Positions 37,336-51,883 of a stretch of 64,000 bases of DNA are shown here, piece after piece. The stretch is from Octopus bimaculoides. Its lineage: Eukaryota. The notes beneath the pieces were generated by a model. The model had not been told where the DNA came from. It worked only from the letters and a program-made list of their open reading frames with translations, and searched no databases. Positions within the stretch are counted from its first letter, which is position 1. Every line of letters starts with the position of its first letter. The position numbers were made by a program, and so were the translations under genes. The DNA is taken from assembly GCF_001194135.2 (NCBI RefSeq), contig NC_068981.1, positions 124,701,772 through 124,765,771 of the forward strand, given 5' to 3'.

Positions 37336-37444
37336 AAGTAGTCAGGATTTGGATAGGAACTATTTATTTAGTGCTTTTGTCCCTTTAAGGGATTCATGAT
37401 AGTGAATTCCTCAAAGAGATAAAAGGACTAAATCCTGACTACTT
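37336..37444. repeat. 109-bp fold-back element with a perfect 15-bp terminal inverted repeat
   Basis: aagtagtcaggattt (37336-37350) / aaatcctgactactt (37430-37444), plus partial inner pairing. Confidence 0.75.
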
Positions 37445-37902
37445 CCTTCTCAAGAATATATAAAATCTGAACACCCTTCAAATAATCTATACATACACAC
37501 ACTAACATATCTACATATATATACATGCACACATACACACACACACATAATAATTATCATTTAACATCCATTTTTTCATGCTGGCATGAGTTGGACAGGA
37601 TCTAGCAAGCTACAGGGCTATGTCAAGCTGCAATGTCAGGTAAAGCTGACATTAATATATACACAAATACATAGTCAACATAGTACACAGGTATAGACAT
37701 ATTCTAGACTCAACTGGAAATAGTTTGGCATGTTCAATTCAGTTTTCCACAACATGAGTTAACTGAAATCTCCCAGCCATAATCTAGTTGATATTTTTTT
37801 ATTCTTTTACTTTTATTTCTGGATGGGATGTTTACTTTACCATTTATGCAAACTGTCAAATTCATCCCAAATGCCCTGTATAGACCTGTATCTACAAACA
37901 CT

Positions 37903-37978
<76 letters not shown>

Positions 37979-38259
37979 CACACACACACATATATATATA
38001 TCAAAAACAACTTTAAAATAATGGTCATTACATATTTTTTCCATTTTGGGGCAATTTTGGATTACAGCCGGATTGATAATCCCTCACTATTTGTTCTAAA
38101 TATATGTGTCTGTGTGTACACACACACAAGTGTTATCTCAAAAGTAAGGCAAAAGAGGGCTTATTTTTTCTATTAACTCAGATAGGTCAGTCAGATTGCA
38201 CAAGTTAGAATAACTCTTCTACAGTAACTCTTCATCCAGGGGTTCCAAAGCAGAATCAA

Positions 38260-39040
38260 CACGGAATCAAAGAGTACTTCACAAAGAACAGGTAGAGGCT
38301 GTCTATAATAAAGGTTTCAGATTGCTTACAGAAAGGACAGTATTGACAAGAGTATTATGCACATGTGGATGGTAAATTTTAAAGACAAACCATGCAGTGG
38401 GAGACCATCAACTGTGATGACTGACATGAATCATCAGTGGTAATTGAACCAAGTCACACAGATGAGTCACAATCCATAAGCTTTCAGCAAAACTGTACTG
38501 TGGTTACAATACATTACAGAAGATGTGGAAGACTGGGGGTATTGGAAAGTACATGCAAAGTGTGTACCTCAGCAGTTAACATCCAATTTGAGGGAGAAGG
38601 ATGGATATTTGTTCTGACCTGCTAGAAGCCAGTGCTTTCTTTGTCCTCCTTTTTTTTTCTGAATTGGTAATAGAGGATGAGACATGGGCATGTCTTTATG
38701 ATCTGGAAAGGAAAGGTCAGTTCATGGGATGGCATTACACTGCTTTTCCAGGCCTAAGGAGTTCAGGAACCAGCAATCAGCACAGAAATTTATGGTGACT
38801 GCTTTCTAGAAAGACAAGGGAGTCATTCTATTTCATTTTGTGAAATGCAGTGGTACAATGAAACACTCATTAAGACTCTTACACAGATTAGTGACCGAAA
38901 TTGGAGACCAAACAATAATCTGAAAACAATCCACATTCAACATGATATGTGACTACATAAATCTTGGGTAACATATGAGGCAACTGGTAAATTGGGCTGG
39001 TCAGTAGTCCCACAAATAGCACACAGCCCAGATCTAGCAC
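38260..39040 (+). mobile_element. Decayed mariner transposase remnant
   Basis: Fragments DKSIMHMWMVNFK, VIEDETWACLYD, KFMVTAF*KDKGVIL, KLGWSVVPQIAHSPDLAP. The 3' end is truncated by a SINE tail. Confidence 0.75.
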
Positions 39041-39355
39041 CATTTGCTCGACTAAAGGCGGTGCTCCAGCATGGCCACAGTCAAATGACTGAAACAAGTA
39101 AAAGAGTGAAAGAGAGAGTAAAAGAGAATATAAATGCCTTGAAATGCCACATAAAAGCACACATGAGATGCTATGTAGAAGTGCTCAACACTCTCTGTAA
39201 AGTGGCTGATGTTAGAAAGGGCATCCAGCTGCAGACACCATGTCAAATGAGTCTGAAGTCTGGTGCAGTTCACCAGCTTGCCAGCTCTGGTCAAACTGTC
39301 CAACCCACACATACACAATTACATATACAAACATATATACACACACTACACCCCC

Positions 39356-39386
<31 letters not shown>

Positions 39387-39389
<3 letters not shown>

Positions 39390-40654
39390 GCAAGGGTTGG
39401 ACAAAATAATGGAAACACCTTAAAATTTCAAACAAATTTATTTTAAGATGGGGTAGGACTGCCTTTGGCAGTAATTACAGCTTGAATTCTATGAGGTATG
39501 AACTCGTACAAAGTTTGAATTGTTTGCAATGGAATCTTTGTCCATTCTTCAGTTAAAACAGTCTCCAGTTCTTGTAGTGATAATGGTAGAGGATATCGAC
39601 TCCTTACTAGTTTTTCTAAAATGCACCATAAATGTTCAATAATATTGAGATCTGGGGACAGTGGTGGCCAAATAAGATGTTCAACTTCACTAGAATGTTC
39701 CTCGTGCCATTCAGTAACAACTTTAGCTGTGTGAATTGGTGCATTATCATCATGAAAGATTCTGTGTTTCCCTTCGGAAACAGTTCCACAACCACAGGGT
39801 GAATTTGATTAGATAAAATGCTTAAATAGTCTTGACTATTAATTCTGCCATGAAGGGAAACCATTGGGCCAGTAGATTTCCAAGATATAGCCCCCAACAG
39901 ATCATCACAGATCCTCCTCCATGTTTAACATTTGGAAGAAGGCAGTTTGGGTCAAATGCTTCTTTTGGCTGTCTCCACATGCATACTCAGCCAGTGGTTG
40001 GAAATGAGGTAAAGGATGACAAGTCCGAGAAAATAATAATCTTCCACTGTTCTAGGGACCAATTCTGTAGGTCTTTACTCCACTCTAAATGCTTTGCAAT
40101 GTTTGTTTTTGAAAGCAGTGGTTTTCTGATTGCAGCCCTCCCATGAAATCCAGCTTTGTGCAGCTCCTGGTGAACAGTTTTTGTGAAAACTGGGTTCTCG
40201 AGAATGTCATTAAGCTCTGCAGTAATTTTGGGAGCTGTACTTTTGTGATCCTTTCTAACTATTCGCATAAGAGTCCTACAGTCCCTATCTGAAAGTTTTG
40301 GCTTTCTTCCAGAGTTTTATTTCGACAAGGAAGTTTCTCCCCGTTTCCCAAAGGCTGTCATTACTTTCAAGACAGTACTTCTTGATACACCAAACACATC
40401 GGCTGTTTTTGTTATGCTAGCGCCTGCCATACAAGCACCAATAATCTGACCTCTTTCAAAGTCAATAGATCTGTTATTTTAATGAATTTTAATTACCTTT
40501 TTTGATGATATATGAAAAGAAACGGCAATTTTAGTGAAACATATTAAACAACACTAATAATAAATCAAAAGGCATAAAAATAACCAAGCTTTTGATTATT
40601 TTATAGATATTTCAAAATTATGATGCTAGGTGTTTCCATTATTTTGTTCAACCC

Positions 40655-40657
<3 letters not shown>
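39387..40657 (-). mobile_element. Near-full-length Tc1 (DD34E-type) element with a disrupted transposase
   Basis: About 30-bp TIRs (cac...ggttg[g/a]acaaaataatggaaacacct) with TA at both ends. Fragments GFHGRAAIRKPLLSK, WKIIIFSD, KHGGGSVMICWGAISWKSTGP. Frameshifts are present. Confidence 0.92.
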
Positions 40658-40715
<58 letters not shown>

Positions 40716-42578
40716 GATATATATACTCACACACACATATACATATATATACACACACACACACATATATATATACACACACATAAATATACATGCATAC
40801 ATATATATAACACACATATACCTATACAACTAAACATACAAATACTCACAGATGCACATACATACATACATACATACATATATAAACCTAAATATTGTTC
40901 ATTTTTCTGAATTTTCTCTGCATGCATACTTTAGATGAATATGACAGAGCATTGTTTGATGTCCATTCCGTTGCAAACCCAGTTTTTCAACTAAGAGATC
41001 TCCAATTTCCCATGACTTCAAAGATCAAAACCAAAAAATGATTCATAAACAAAGTAAATTCTGAATCACTACCGGTAACTGCTTTTGTATTTTTATTTTT
41101 TTAATTTTTAAGGAGATTTGTAAATAAACAACACAAGAACCACACTAACATGCACAAATATATAAGACACACACACATACATATCAAAACAAAAGACGGG
41201 GAAATTCGGTATATTTTTAATTCCATATTACACGCATTTCCTTATATCAAATTTTTCCAGGGTTCTGTTTTGATGTGTAATTACTCTGCAGAAAGAGTTC
41301 ACTAGAAATTTCAATTGCTATGTATATCACTTTCAAAATAAAGCATATGTACATTTGATTTATGTGAAAATGTGGAAGTGCTTTGCAAGGATACGGCTGG
41401 GATAATAACCCCTTATATACATACACATACAAATGGCTTCTTTCTGTTTCTGCCTATCAAGTCCACTTACAAAACCTTGGGTAGCCTATGTTTATAGTAG
41501 AAGATACATGCCAAGGTGCCACAAAACCATCTGCTCAGGAAGCATACTTCTAAGCACAAAGCCATGTTAGCATCAGTTTACATACACGCACCACTTACAA
41601 ACACACACATATACACACAAAAATATATATACGTAAACACACAAAATTAGTAAGTTTGGCGCAACTCCACATTACTTAAGTTTCATGGGTGTAGGACACA
41701 TCAACCTCTTAAGATGTTCAGAGACAAAGTCACATGCTTGGAACTTCAACCAAAGAAGCGAACTGCTACATTCTTTCGCATTTTCACTTACTGGTTTGTG
41801 GATGTGTATGTAGACAGATATGCATGCATATATGTAAGACTATACACATATAGATACTCACACAAATATGCATACACATATATACTTATATGTATATGCA
41901 CAAATGTGAAAGTCTGGCTTACTGGTAACAGTGTAGCAGTCATGTTCATAAGAATGTGGTTTTGATTCCTGGACCAGGAGATGAGTTGTGTTCTTGAAGA
42001 AAACACTTCATTTCACATTGCTCCAAACCATGCACCTAGCAAAAATGAGTAATCCTGTGACAGACTGGCATGCTGTCCAGGGTGATGGGGAATATATGTG
42101 CCACAAAATCCAAGACACCTGCCTTATGAGCCTTATGAGCTCGGGAAGGGCCTTCGATCCTTTATCTTTATATACTTATATGCATAGACACATACACAAT
42201 ATGTCTTGGATATTTTTAGACTTAATAATGTCTGATCACAATTCATATTTGTTTCGGAAAGTGAAGCAGACAAACAGAAAGAAAAATGAGGTGAAAAAAC
42301 AAAATGACCCCAGTGCAGCAATGATAAGCTATATATTGAGCTCAATAAAAAGCAAAGATCACTTTGTTGAGGTCTGAACTCAGGGTACAAAAGACAGAAG
42401 AATTACTGCAAAGTAATTTAAACAATTATGCCACTTGACAGGATTACATGTGAGTGTATGTGTGTATATAAGTGTGCATGCACACACAAACATGTATATA
42501 CAGACACATATATCAACATATATGTATATATGCAGGCATATTTTATACAATATCTACATTCATACAAGTCTGTGTGCA

Positions 42579-42635
<57 letters not shown>

Positions 42636-43095
42636 TTATATATTTGATCCTTTATATTGGACACTCAATATTTCATCTACATTCAATTCTTTATTTCATG
42701 GTGCCATCCATTTTTATTTTATTTTATTTTATATTATATATTGTATATTATATTATATATTGTATATTCCATATTCTATACCCTACATTGGTTCTGCAGG
42801 AATATAAATAAANNNNNNNNNNNNNNNNNNNNNNNNNNNNNNNNNNNNNNNNNNNNNNNNNNNNNNNNNNNNNNNNNNNNNNNNNNNNNNNNNNNNNNNN
42901 NNNNNNNNNNNNNNNNNNNNNNNNNNNNNNNNNNNNNNNNNNNNNNNNNNNNNNNNNNNNNNNNNNNNNNNNNNNNNNNNNNNNNNNNNNNNNNNNNNNN
43001 NNNNNNNNNNNNNNNNNNNNNNNNNNNNNNNNNNNNNNNNNNNNNNNNNNNNNNNNNNNNNNNNNNNNNNNNNNNNNNNNNNNNNNNNNNNNNNN

Positions 43096-43132
<37 letters not shown>

Positions 43133-44473
43133 CACACCCACCCACACATTCACATGTTTATATGCATTATATATACAAAAATAAATGGATGAATATATTT
43201 AAATGGGCATTGTGAGTGTATTTCTCTGTCCAATATTTCAAACACTTTTTTCATACAACTTCAAAAAAATACTATTCTATTACACCTCAGTAGTCTTATT
43301 TACACACACACACACAAAAAAATTCACTTGAAATTGTATCCTGTAAAAGTCTACATTTAAGAACATGAAACCACTGGACGAAATTATATATGAATTATAG
43401 GTATGTACATGGTGTGTGCATTTGAATGCATCAGTATATGTATACGGGTGTCTATATATGTAGGTATATGTGTATGTATACACACACAAATATATGAAAT
43501 GAAAATGAACTAAAAGATATAATTCAGCATGGCCAGTGGGATGTATTTGAGCAACGAAGATGAATAAGCATATATTAAATGATATACAAGATAAATTCTT
43601 CATTTATTAAAATTAACCTCTGCTTCCTGAGAAAGGAGACCAGTTGCTTCATGACAACTGGTACCAACTTGAAATGAAAAGGGGAGATAGTTTCCAGAGT
43701 CAATATTTTCCAGAACTGACATGGCATCCAGAAGGCATTATGACTATCTGAAAACACAAAGATGCTTGTCAACATGTGTTAGCAGCAACACAGTTGTCGT
43801 GTCATTACTTCATAAGATGAGACAGTCACATTCAAAAAAGCATAGAACACATTCATGGCCAATATGATTTGCATAAATGAAATGAAAATCAGCCAAGAGA
43901 AATAGATCAAAGTAGCCAGAGCAGCTTGTGCAAACAAATACAAAAAAGTAAATGTATGTAAATGTCTATACAATCACTTTGTTTGCAGAAAACAGAGAAC
44001 TGGTCATATTTGGGGTAGCTCATTACAGACAATGTATCTGCCTGAGTTTATCTTCAGAGAAATACATGCACAGTCACTGCTATTATGGATTTCACTAAAC
44101 CAGAAAATCTGATTTGAATCAATACCACTTTACTGGCTGGTAAGACAATTAATGAATTATCAATGTAGTAAACAGTATGTTTTGGATACAGTAAACGTAC
44201 TATAGACTACATCTGCAGCAGTAATACAAGTTTTAACTAGCACTGCATATTTAATTGAATAACTTGTACAAATTTTAACATTTAGTTCATTTACGTTATA
44301 AAAGCATGCAGCTTAGCTAACTGGTAATTATCTGACCCGAAGAAAGACTGTAGAAATAAATTATGAACAGAATTGTATATATGAATGTTCTAAGGATGCC
44401 AAGTGGGAATTTGTATCTTAAGCTACTGAGATATACACTTAGAATACATAAAAGACTAAATTAGGTGATGTGG

Positions 44474-44517
<44 letters not shown>

Positions 44518-44727
44518 NNNNNNNNNNNNNNNNNNNNNNNNNNNNNNNNNNNNNNNNNNNNNNNNNNNNNNNNNNNNNNNNNNNNNNNNNNNNNNNNNNN
44601 NNNNNNNNNNNNNNNNNCATAATAATATTAGGGATAAAAATTCAAAATTACAGGTCAACACTCAAAATCAATTTATAAAATTTAAAATTAAATTAAGTTT
44701 CACAGTATTGAATATATATAAATATAT

Positions 44728-45088
44728 AGTTTTAGGGAAAAGAACCAAGATTGATGAACTCATCGATGAAAATCCAGTCACATATAGAAAAATTAGTAAG
44801 TAAAAGCACAATTCTTTTATTACTATTATTATTATTGTTGTATTTTGACCTGGCGATTAGCTATATTTTTTAATAGAATTGATTTTCAATAGTATTAACC
44901 GATTTAAATGTTCTTTCTATTTGAAAATAGGTTATGAAACACGTGTAGTCGTTTTATTATCTTTATCTTATATTTACTTTGTATTATATTATACTTATTT
45001 ATTGTGGTTTTACTTATTAATTTTTCTGTATGTGACGGTGGATTTTCATTGAAGAGTTCATGAACCTTGGTTCTTTTCCCTAAAACTA
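44728..45088. repeat. About 85-bp inverted repeat enclosing a degenerate hammerhead
   Basis: tagttttagggaaaagaaccaag...aagtaaaagcaca (44728-44810) is mirrored at 45003-45088. Confidence 0.85.
44846..44951 (+). ncRNA. Degenerate type-I hammerhead (A6 to G change in the core)
   Basis: tgac CTGGCGA t tagctatattttttaatagaa...ttctatttgaaaataggtta t GAAA CACGTG TA gtcg. About 20-bp stem II, 4-bp stem I. Confidence 0.6.
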
Positions 45089-46292
45089 TTATTTCTATAT
45101 ATACATATATATATATATAGATCCAACTTAAGTTGTGCAATGGAGCAAGACTGATTGTCAGGCAAATGCATCCACATCTTTTGGAAGCAACAATCCTCAA
45201 TGGACAAGGAAAGGCATGCCTTTTGAATTCAAGAGACTTCAATTTCCAGTAATAATATTGCAGTGTCAATTAACAAGAGTCAACAACAAACACTCAAAAT
45301 TGTTGGACTTTACATCATACAGCCCTGCTTTTCCCATGGTCAGGTCTATGTTATTTGTTTCAGAGTGGGAAATGACAATAATCAATTCATGCTCTCACCA
45401 AATGGTAAAAACCAAGAATATTGTTTATCCTGCTGCTTTACAGTGATCTCCAAAAGTCACAGTGATACAAAATTCTCCAAATGTGATACTCTGTGATATT
45501 AATTTTTGAAGGTAGGATACCAATAAATGCTTTATTATTATTTCTCTCTCTAGTTTTGGGCCACAAGCCCAACTAGACCTCTGCAAGAGCTAGCTGAAAA
45601 GTCCAAATGGAGTGCAGCTTTTAAGCTAGTATGTATAGTTTGTATGTACACACACACACACACACAGTTTCCAAGACTGGGAATGTTGTTACTTGGAGTT
45701 TCCTCAAATGGTTATACAATGTCTTTGTTACATTTATATGACAGACTATACACATTTTAGGCAACTGAAATACACATACATTGTAGTCATTAAATGGCCT
45801 TTTTGGAAAGCTTGCTTTCTGTCTTAAAAAACACATTGCAAATACAATGATTTACTTTTTAAGTTGTAGAATGCTTCCTTTGAGTTAACTAAATAATAAA
45901 TTGCAGAACTCATCTGCCACCTATAGAAATTAATGAAAAAAAAAAATTCAACAGAAAGTGGTTACATTGAATGCCAGGAGTAGAAATGAAGAGTGTAAGC
46001 TCATAACGATTTAAGTCAGCTTTTCATGTAATCATATGATCATAAGTTCACATAAGTCGTTGCATACCATTTTGGATACAGCTGTTTTAGAACTTTATGA
46101 GCCAACCTTCTTCAATTCATTCTAACTCCATTCTTCCTTTATTGCTATCAATCTTCCTTTACAGGAAACAAACACACACACATTTGAGTCCCACTGAATA
46201 CATTCATTCATCACTGATTCTCATTTATGAGTGTGTATATACATACATACACACACATAGAAAAGCACTAATAATCATAATTTCCAACTTAA

Positions 46293-46433
46293 CCCATTAA
46301 CATTTAACTGACCATATCTAGCTCAAATATTCTACCTGTTTTATGTTCAAACTGAGCAGATCCAACCTCACACTAATTCAAAACAACATGAATAAATAAG
46401 CACTACATTCAACAGAATTTGAATGCTAAAGGA
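46293..46433. mobile_element. piggyBac-type MITE copy, internally deleted
   Basis: TTAA-cccattaacattt...gaatgctaaagga-TTAA. Confidence 0.7.
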
Positions 46434-47458
46434 TTAAACCTAAATACCAGTATCTACTGAGAAAATATAAATCATTTATATTTTAAAAACCCAGAGAAAT
46501 TTGTGCAAGAACACTGTGCATGTATGAAGCAGCAGCAACACTAGTTTTGGCTTTGAAAGTTAAAATATTGGCAATATTCATGAACAAACTGAAGTGTTGA
46601 TATGAAGCTTTATCATGTCTAGCCTTTCCTTTTTTAGTTAATCCCTAAGCAATGATCATGAGCTAACTCAATGTGGTTAAAATGACATTGATCCCTGATA
46701 ACATGATAAACTATGCAAGAAAACTGCTAGTAGACAGCTGATCCAAGGATGTTATAAATGTATGTACTTTGATAAGACTGTTATTTTTTTTTTTTTTTTT
46801 TTNNNNNNNNNNNNNNNNNNNNNNNNNNNNNNNNNNNNNNNNNNNNNNNNNNNNNNNNNNNNNNNNNNNNNNNNNNNNNNNNNNNNNNNNNNNNNNNNNN
46901 NNNNNNNNNNNNNNNNNNNNNNNNNNNNNNNNNNNNNNNNNNNNNNNNNNNNNNNNNNNNNNNNNNNNNNNNNNNNNNNNNNNNNNNNNNNNNNNNNNNN
47001 NNNNNNNNNNNNNNNNNNNNNNNNNNNNNNNNNNNNNNNNNNNNNNNNNNNNNNNNNNNNNNNNNNNNNNNNNNNNNNNNNNNNNNNNNNNNNNNNNNNN
47101 NNNNNNNNNNNNNNNNNNNNNNNNNNNNNNNNNNNNNNNNNNNNNNNNNNNNNNNNNNNNNNNNNNNNNNNNNNNNNNNNNNNNNNNNNNNNNNNNNNNN
47201 NNNNNNNNNNNNNNNNNNNNNNNNNNNNNNNNNNNNNNNNNNNNNNNNNNNNNNNNNNNNNNNNNNNNNNNNNNNNNNNNNNNNNNNNNNNNNNNNNNNN
47301 NNNNNNNNNNNNNNNNNNNNNNNNNNNNNNNNNNNNNNNNNNNNNNNNNNNNNNNNNNNNNNNNNNNNNNNNNNNNNNNNNNNNNNNNNNNNNNNNNNNN
47401 NNNNNNNNNNNNNNNNNNNNNNNNNNNNNNNNNNNNNNNNNNNNNNNNNNNNNNNNNN

Positions 47459-47523
<65 letters not shown>

Positions 47524-48184
47524 ACGCGAATGCATGCACGCACACGCACACACTACACATGTACACTAATTCTGCTAAACTACTAATATTCTATGAAAGA
47601 AAAAAGTAAAAGAAAACACCATCCATGAATATTTTCCAGACTGATTATTTTCCATCTATAAGAAATCCTAGGTTATATCATGTAAACAATTTCTGAAAAG
47701 AATGAAATAGAGCTATACATGATTACCACTTATTAAAAATCTTTTTAACTTCATAATAAGTAAACAAAAACAAAAAATTTAGTACATGCACTAGATACAC
47801 CTTTTCCATTATATTCTTAATTTAAAATTCAAATTTCTAACCCTGCTAAATATTATGAAAATGATTATCTCTCTTGTAATAACTGTTCATTAGGAGATAG
47901 CACATGTTTGAAAATATAAAGTTAGCAGACCTATGTAATGAAGAATCCTTTTGTCATTCCATATAGGTATTCTTAAATTATATACACTGATGTGTGACAG
48001 TAGGGGTACTTAATCATTGGTAAGAAGACATAATGAAAATAAGTCAAATACAATTTAAATGAAATAATATTAAAGCTTATTGAAAATTTCAGATCTAGAT
48101 AGAAAAGGGAAGCTAAAACAAGTTTTCTCTGTTGGACTAGTAGCCTGATTATAAGGAAAATAGAAAGTGACAAAAATCATTTAA

Positions 48185-48382
48185 CCCAGCCAGATACTCG
48201 ACTTGTTTTATGTTCAAACCAGCCAGATCCAACCTCTCATATCTACCCTACAATATCATTCAAAAACTAAACAACCACATCAATGAAATCTCAAAGTTAC
48301 CAGATGATAATGCATGATTAATTCAAAACAATGTGAATAAATTAAGCATTGCATTTGATAGTGTAATCTGAAGGCTAAAGGG
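48185..48382. mobile_element. piggyBac-type MITE copy
   Basis: TTAA-ccc...tctgaaggctaaaggg-TTAA, with the shared internal motifs ttttatgttcaaaccagccagatcc and ttaattcaaaacaatgtgaat. Confidence 0.75.
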
Positions 48383-51300
48383 TTAAAGTATGGTAGATGA
48401 CATGAGCTAATCAAGAGTTGTAACATTTAACTTTACTACATGGTTTATTTTCTTGATGTGTGTGTGTGTGTGTGTGTGTTCCTCTTAAGATTTTGATTCA
48501 AAGTTTATAATAAACCTACATACTTAAAACTCCTAATTTTTTAAATAACATTTTTCTAGCATTAGAAAAAAAAAAACAATGTATTCTCAATAGAATAGAA
48601 ATATTTTTACATAATTTTGCATTGTTGAAATTACAAGAATGTTGATAAAACAGAAGCATCAAGAAATACTTATTAATGTAAGAGTTAAAAATCTACTTCA
48701 GACAAAAGAAGACAGCTTATTCTGTTAATCTGCTCATGGAGTTGTAAAGAAAAAAGCAGTCATAGAACTTTAACAGATTCCATTTCAAAATCATCAACTG
48801 CTGCATTTATTTTTCATATCAAACTGGTTTTCAGAATGTAACAAAAGATTGCTGCTTAATATTATAATAGAACATTTACATTTAAATATGAACACTTTAA
48901 AATATGTAATTACTATCGAAGAACCAGAGACAGTTTCACATGGCTTAAGAGTTAGATATGGAAAGAGAAAAAGAAATACTATTTTGAAATGATCCATTCT
49001 AAAGAAACTTTAAAATCTTTGCATCCAATACTTGTCAACATTTGGAACCATTCTGAACAAAACAGCTTACTCCTTCTTTAAGATACATGTTAGACATAAG
49101 ATGAGCTTACAAATACGACAGGCAGACAGACAGAGAGAACTAGGAAAATATATATCTATACAACAAGAAGCTCTAAAACTAACAAAAGATGATAAAAAAA
49201 AACAATACAACAATAAAAACAGTAAGAGACAATGAAATTCATGCAAATCAAGAACCATAACACAAGCTAAACAAAATATAATCACTTCATTGTAATGCAA
49301 TCACTTCATTGTAATGCAAAGTTCAGCATGCCATCAAAAAATGTTGGTGTAAAATACATTATCAATGTGGAAGAAAAAAATGTATTTTAAAATATAAGCA
49401 AGAAAAATAACAATCCAAACTATCATTGGATTAAGTTTCATGAAAGTTTTGCTTCTAAGTTGTTTTGACTTGTTGAAATTATATAGAAAATTATACCAGT
49501 AAATTAACTGACCAATATTTTAAGTACAAAACTTTTAAACTGTATCAATTGTCACTGAATAGTTTGGTTTCTGATTGATAAGAAAAATACTATGTATATA
49601 GACAGATACACACACATATATACATATATTAATGAGTATAGTCTGATACACATTAATTTGAGTGGAATGAAGAGGGGTAACATATCCTAGCCATAATTTT
49701 TGTTCAATCATCTCTTCAGTCAAACAGAAATATTTCTTTCCACTGATGTGTACAGTTGACCAGAATGATTGATTAAATAGAAACTGTGGTCTGGATGTGT
49801 AATCCTTGCTTATTTCACATATAAATTGACATATATCTTTTAGCTGAATCTTTCACAAAACTCTGAAATAATAAAATTTACATTTTGCAAGTCACATTTA
49901 CAGTCAACTAGTTTGAAATTCAAGTTGAATTAAGATAAGAGCACACGTTATCTTCTAAATCTCCACATCTCTCTCTCTCTTCCTGTTTTTATTAAACTTA
50001 TATACTGTTGGTGTCATTTCCTGTTGTGACTGGCTAAGAGAGTACACTGACACAATACTCATTTAAACTACATTGTCAAACTGCTAATCACAACAATGGT
50101 CTCAGAATTTCAGACTTTTCACAGAATAACCACCCAAACATTAATCTTATCAAACCATCTCTCTTCTTTCTGTCATTCTATCTAAAGTCTTACATGCAAA
50201 ATCACTAATTAAAGACATTTCTCAAAGCTTTCTCCTTCAAAACAACTTAATGCAACCATCACTATGTTCATGTGTTATTCTCAACATATAATCTAAAATT
50301 GAATTTTAATTACATTAACTCCCCCAGTTACTCCTGCCCTTTAAAAAAGAAGCAGGTGGTGGCATGAAATAGTTGTAAGTAATACTACTCACTTTTAGGA
50401 AAATTTACAAAAAAAAAAAAACTACTCCCTAATGGAGGAGACAATGACAATTTTAGCTACTCCAATAAAAAGAGAAACAAATGTTCATACATATAACAAG
50501 ATCTCCTCATCTCTAGATTGAATTTCAATCAGGGAATTTTAGGTTTCTCATGAACAATGAAAGGAGGAAATTTTCATAGCTAGGTGGCTAATTTACTCTA
50601 AATACATCACTTTAGCATTTTGCCTTCATGTTAAAACTTTATAACCAAGTAGGGAGTCACTATCATTTAAACAAACATTTTATTATCCTTAGAAGAGTTA
50701 TGCATCTAAATTGGTATTGATGTTTAACCAGAGATCAACAGAGTGAGCAGGCTTATGATGGAAAGAGTTCCAGATGTGACAATCCCACCTTTTAGTTAGA
50801 CATAGTGTATATCTTATGTCAGCTCTTTTATAAAGGTGTGATTAAAGAAGATGCTTGGTTACTATTTCTAGCAGGCCAAGGCTTTATTATAAGCTTCTTA
50901 TTGAAAGACAGGATTATAAAAACCTATAAGGACTGATTGAGAAGGAATCTATATTAATCACTTTAATTATTTTTAAAAAATTGATGTTGCTGCTGTCACA
51001 TACAATGGACCAGGTGGGTAGTGGATGGAGGAAGGTAAGAAAGTGATGGAGAAAATGATATAAAGATAATAATTAAAGATATGAAGCTTGGGCGAGACAG
51101 AATGAACTAAATAAACAAAACAAAATGGAATTTTAAAAAATGATTGAATTAAAGTCCTTCCTAATATACAAAGTCAGAAATTTTGGCAACAATACAGTGG
51201 ACTGAATTGACTCCAGCATGTAAAGAGGTATCCATAAAGCAAAGTTGGCCCCTGCAGGATTTGAAATTTGAACATATCGAAGAGACATGCTATATTTTCC

Positions 51301-51849
51301 AGCAAACAAGTCAAATTTTTCAGATAAAAGCAAAAAAGGGTTGATCAATGTTTATACTAAGACACTTTTGGAGGAACAAGACTTCCATGTTTTAAACTTA
51401 GCAAGATTTGGAAAGATAGCAACAATGATTGAAGGTTTACACTACGTTAACTTGTATGCCAAAAAATGTGGTAACTAAATGCCATATGAGATTTGGTCTA
51501 AAGCTTTACCAATTCCGTGGACCCTGACTCTTGATAATGACAAAAAAATCTGAGTGAGGAGGATCAGCTGAGTATTTCAACACCCAGCACTAGACTGGTA
51601 CTTTATTTTATCAACCTCAAAAGGATCTGAACTCAGAGTCATTACAAAATCCTACAAGACATATTCTGCAATGCTTTTACAATTCTACCAATCCCCTGCC
51701 TTGCCGCCTTGGCATGGCCAGAATAATCAGGAAAGAATTAAATATTTGAAAAGAACAGATAGCATGGTACCGTAGGCTGCAGGCAGCAAGCCCGCTATGT
51801 ATGCAAGACTCCAGGAGTTCCCACAAAACCGGAGTTAAAAAGAACAATA

Positions 51850-51883
<34 letters not shown>

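Noticed and set aside
43618-43667. 50-nt minus-strand exon-like unit (tttcaag|...|gttaat)
   Set aside because: Length is not a multiple of 3, I found no compensating exon, and there is no similarity to OSR1/SPAK.
49280-49317. Exact 19-bp tandem duplication (aatcacttcattgtaatgc x2)
   Set aside because: An ordinary slippage duplication with no functional context.
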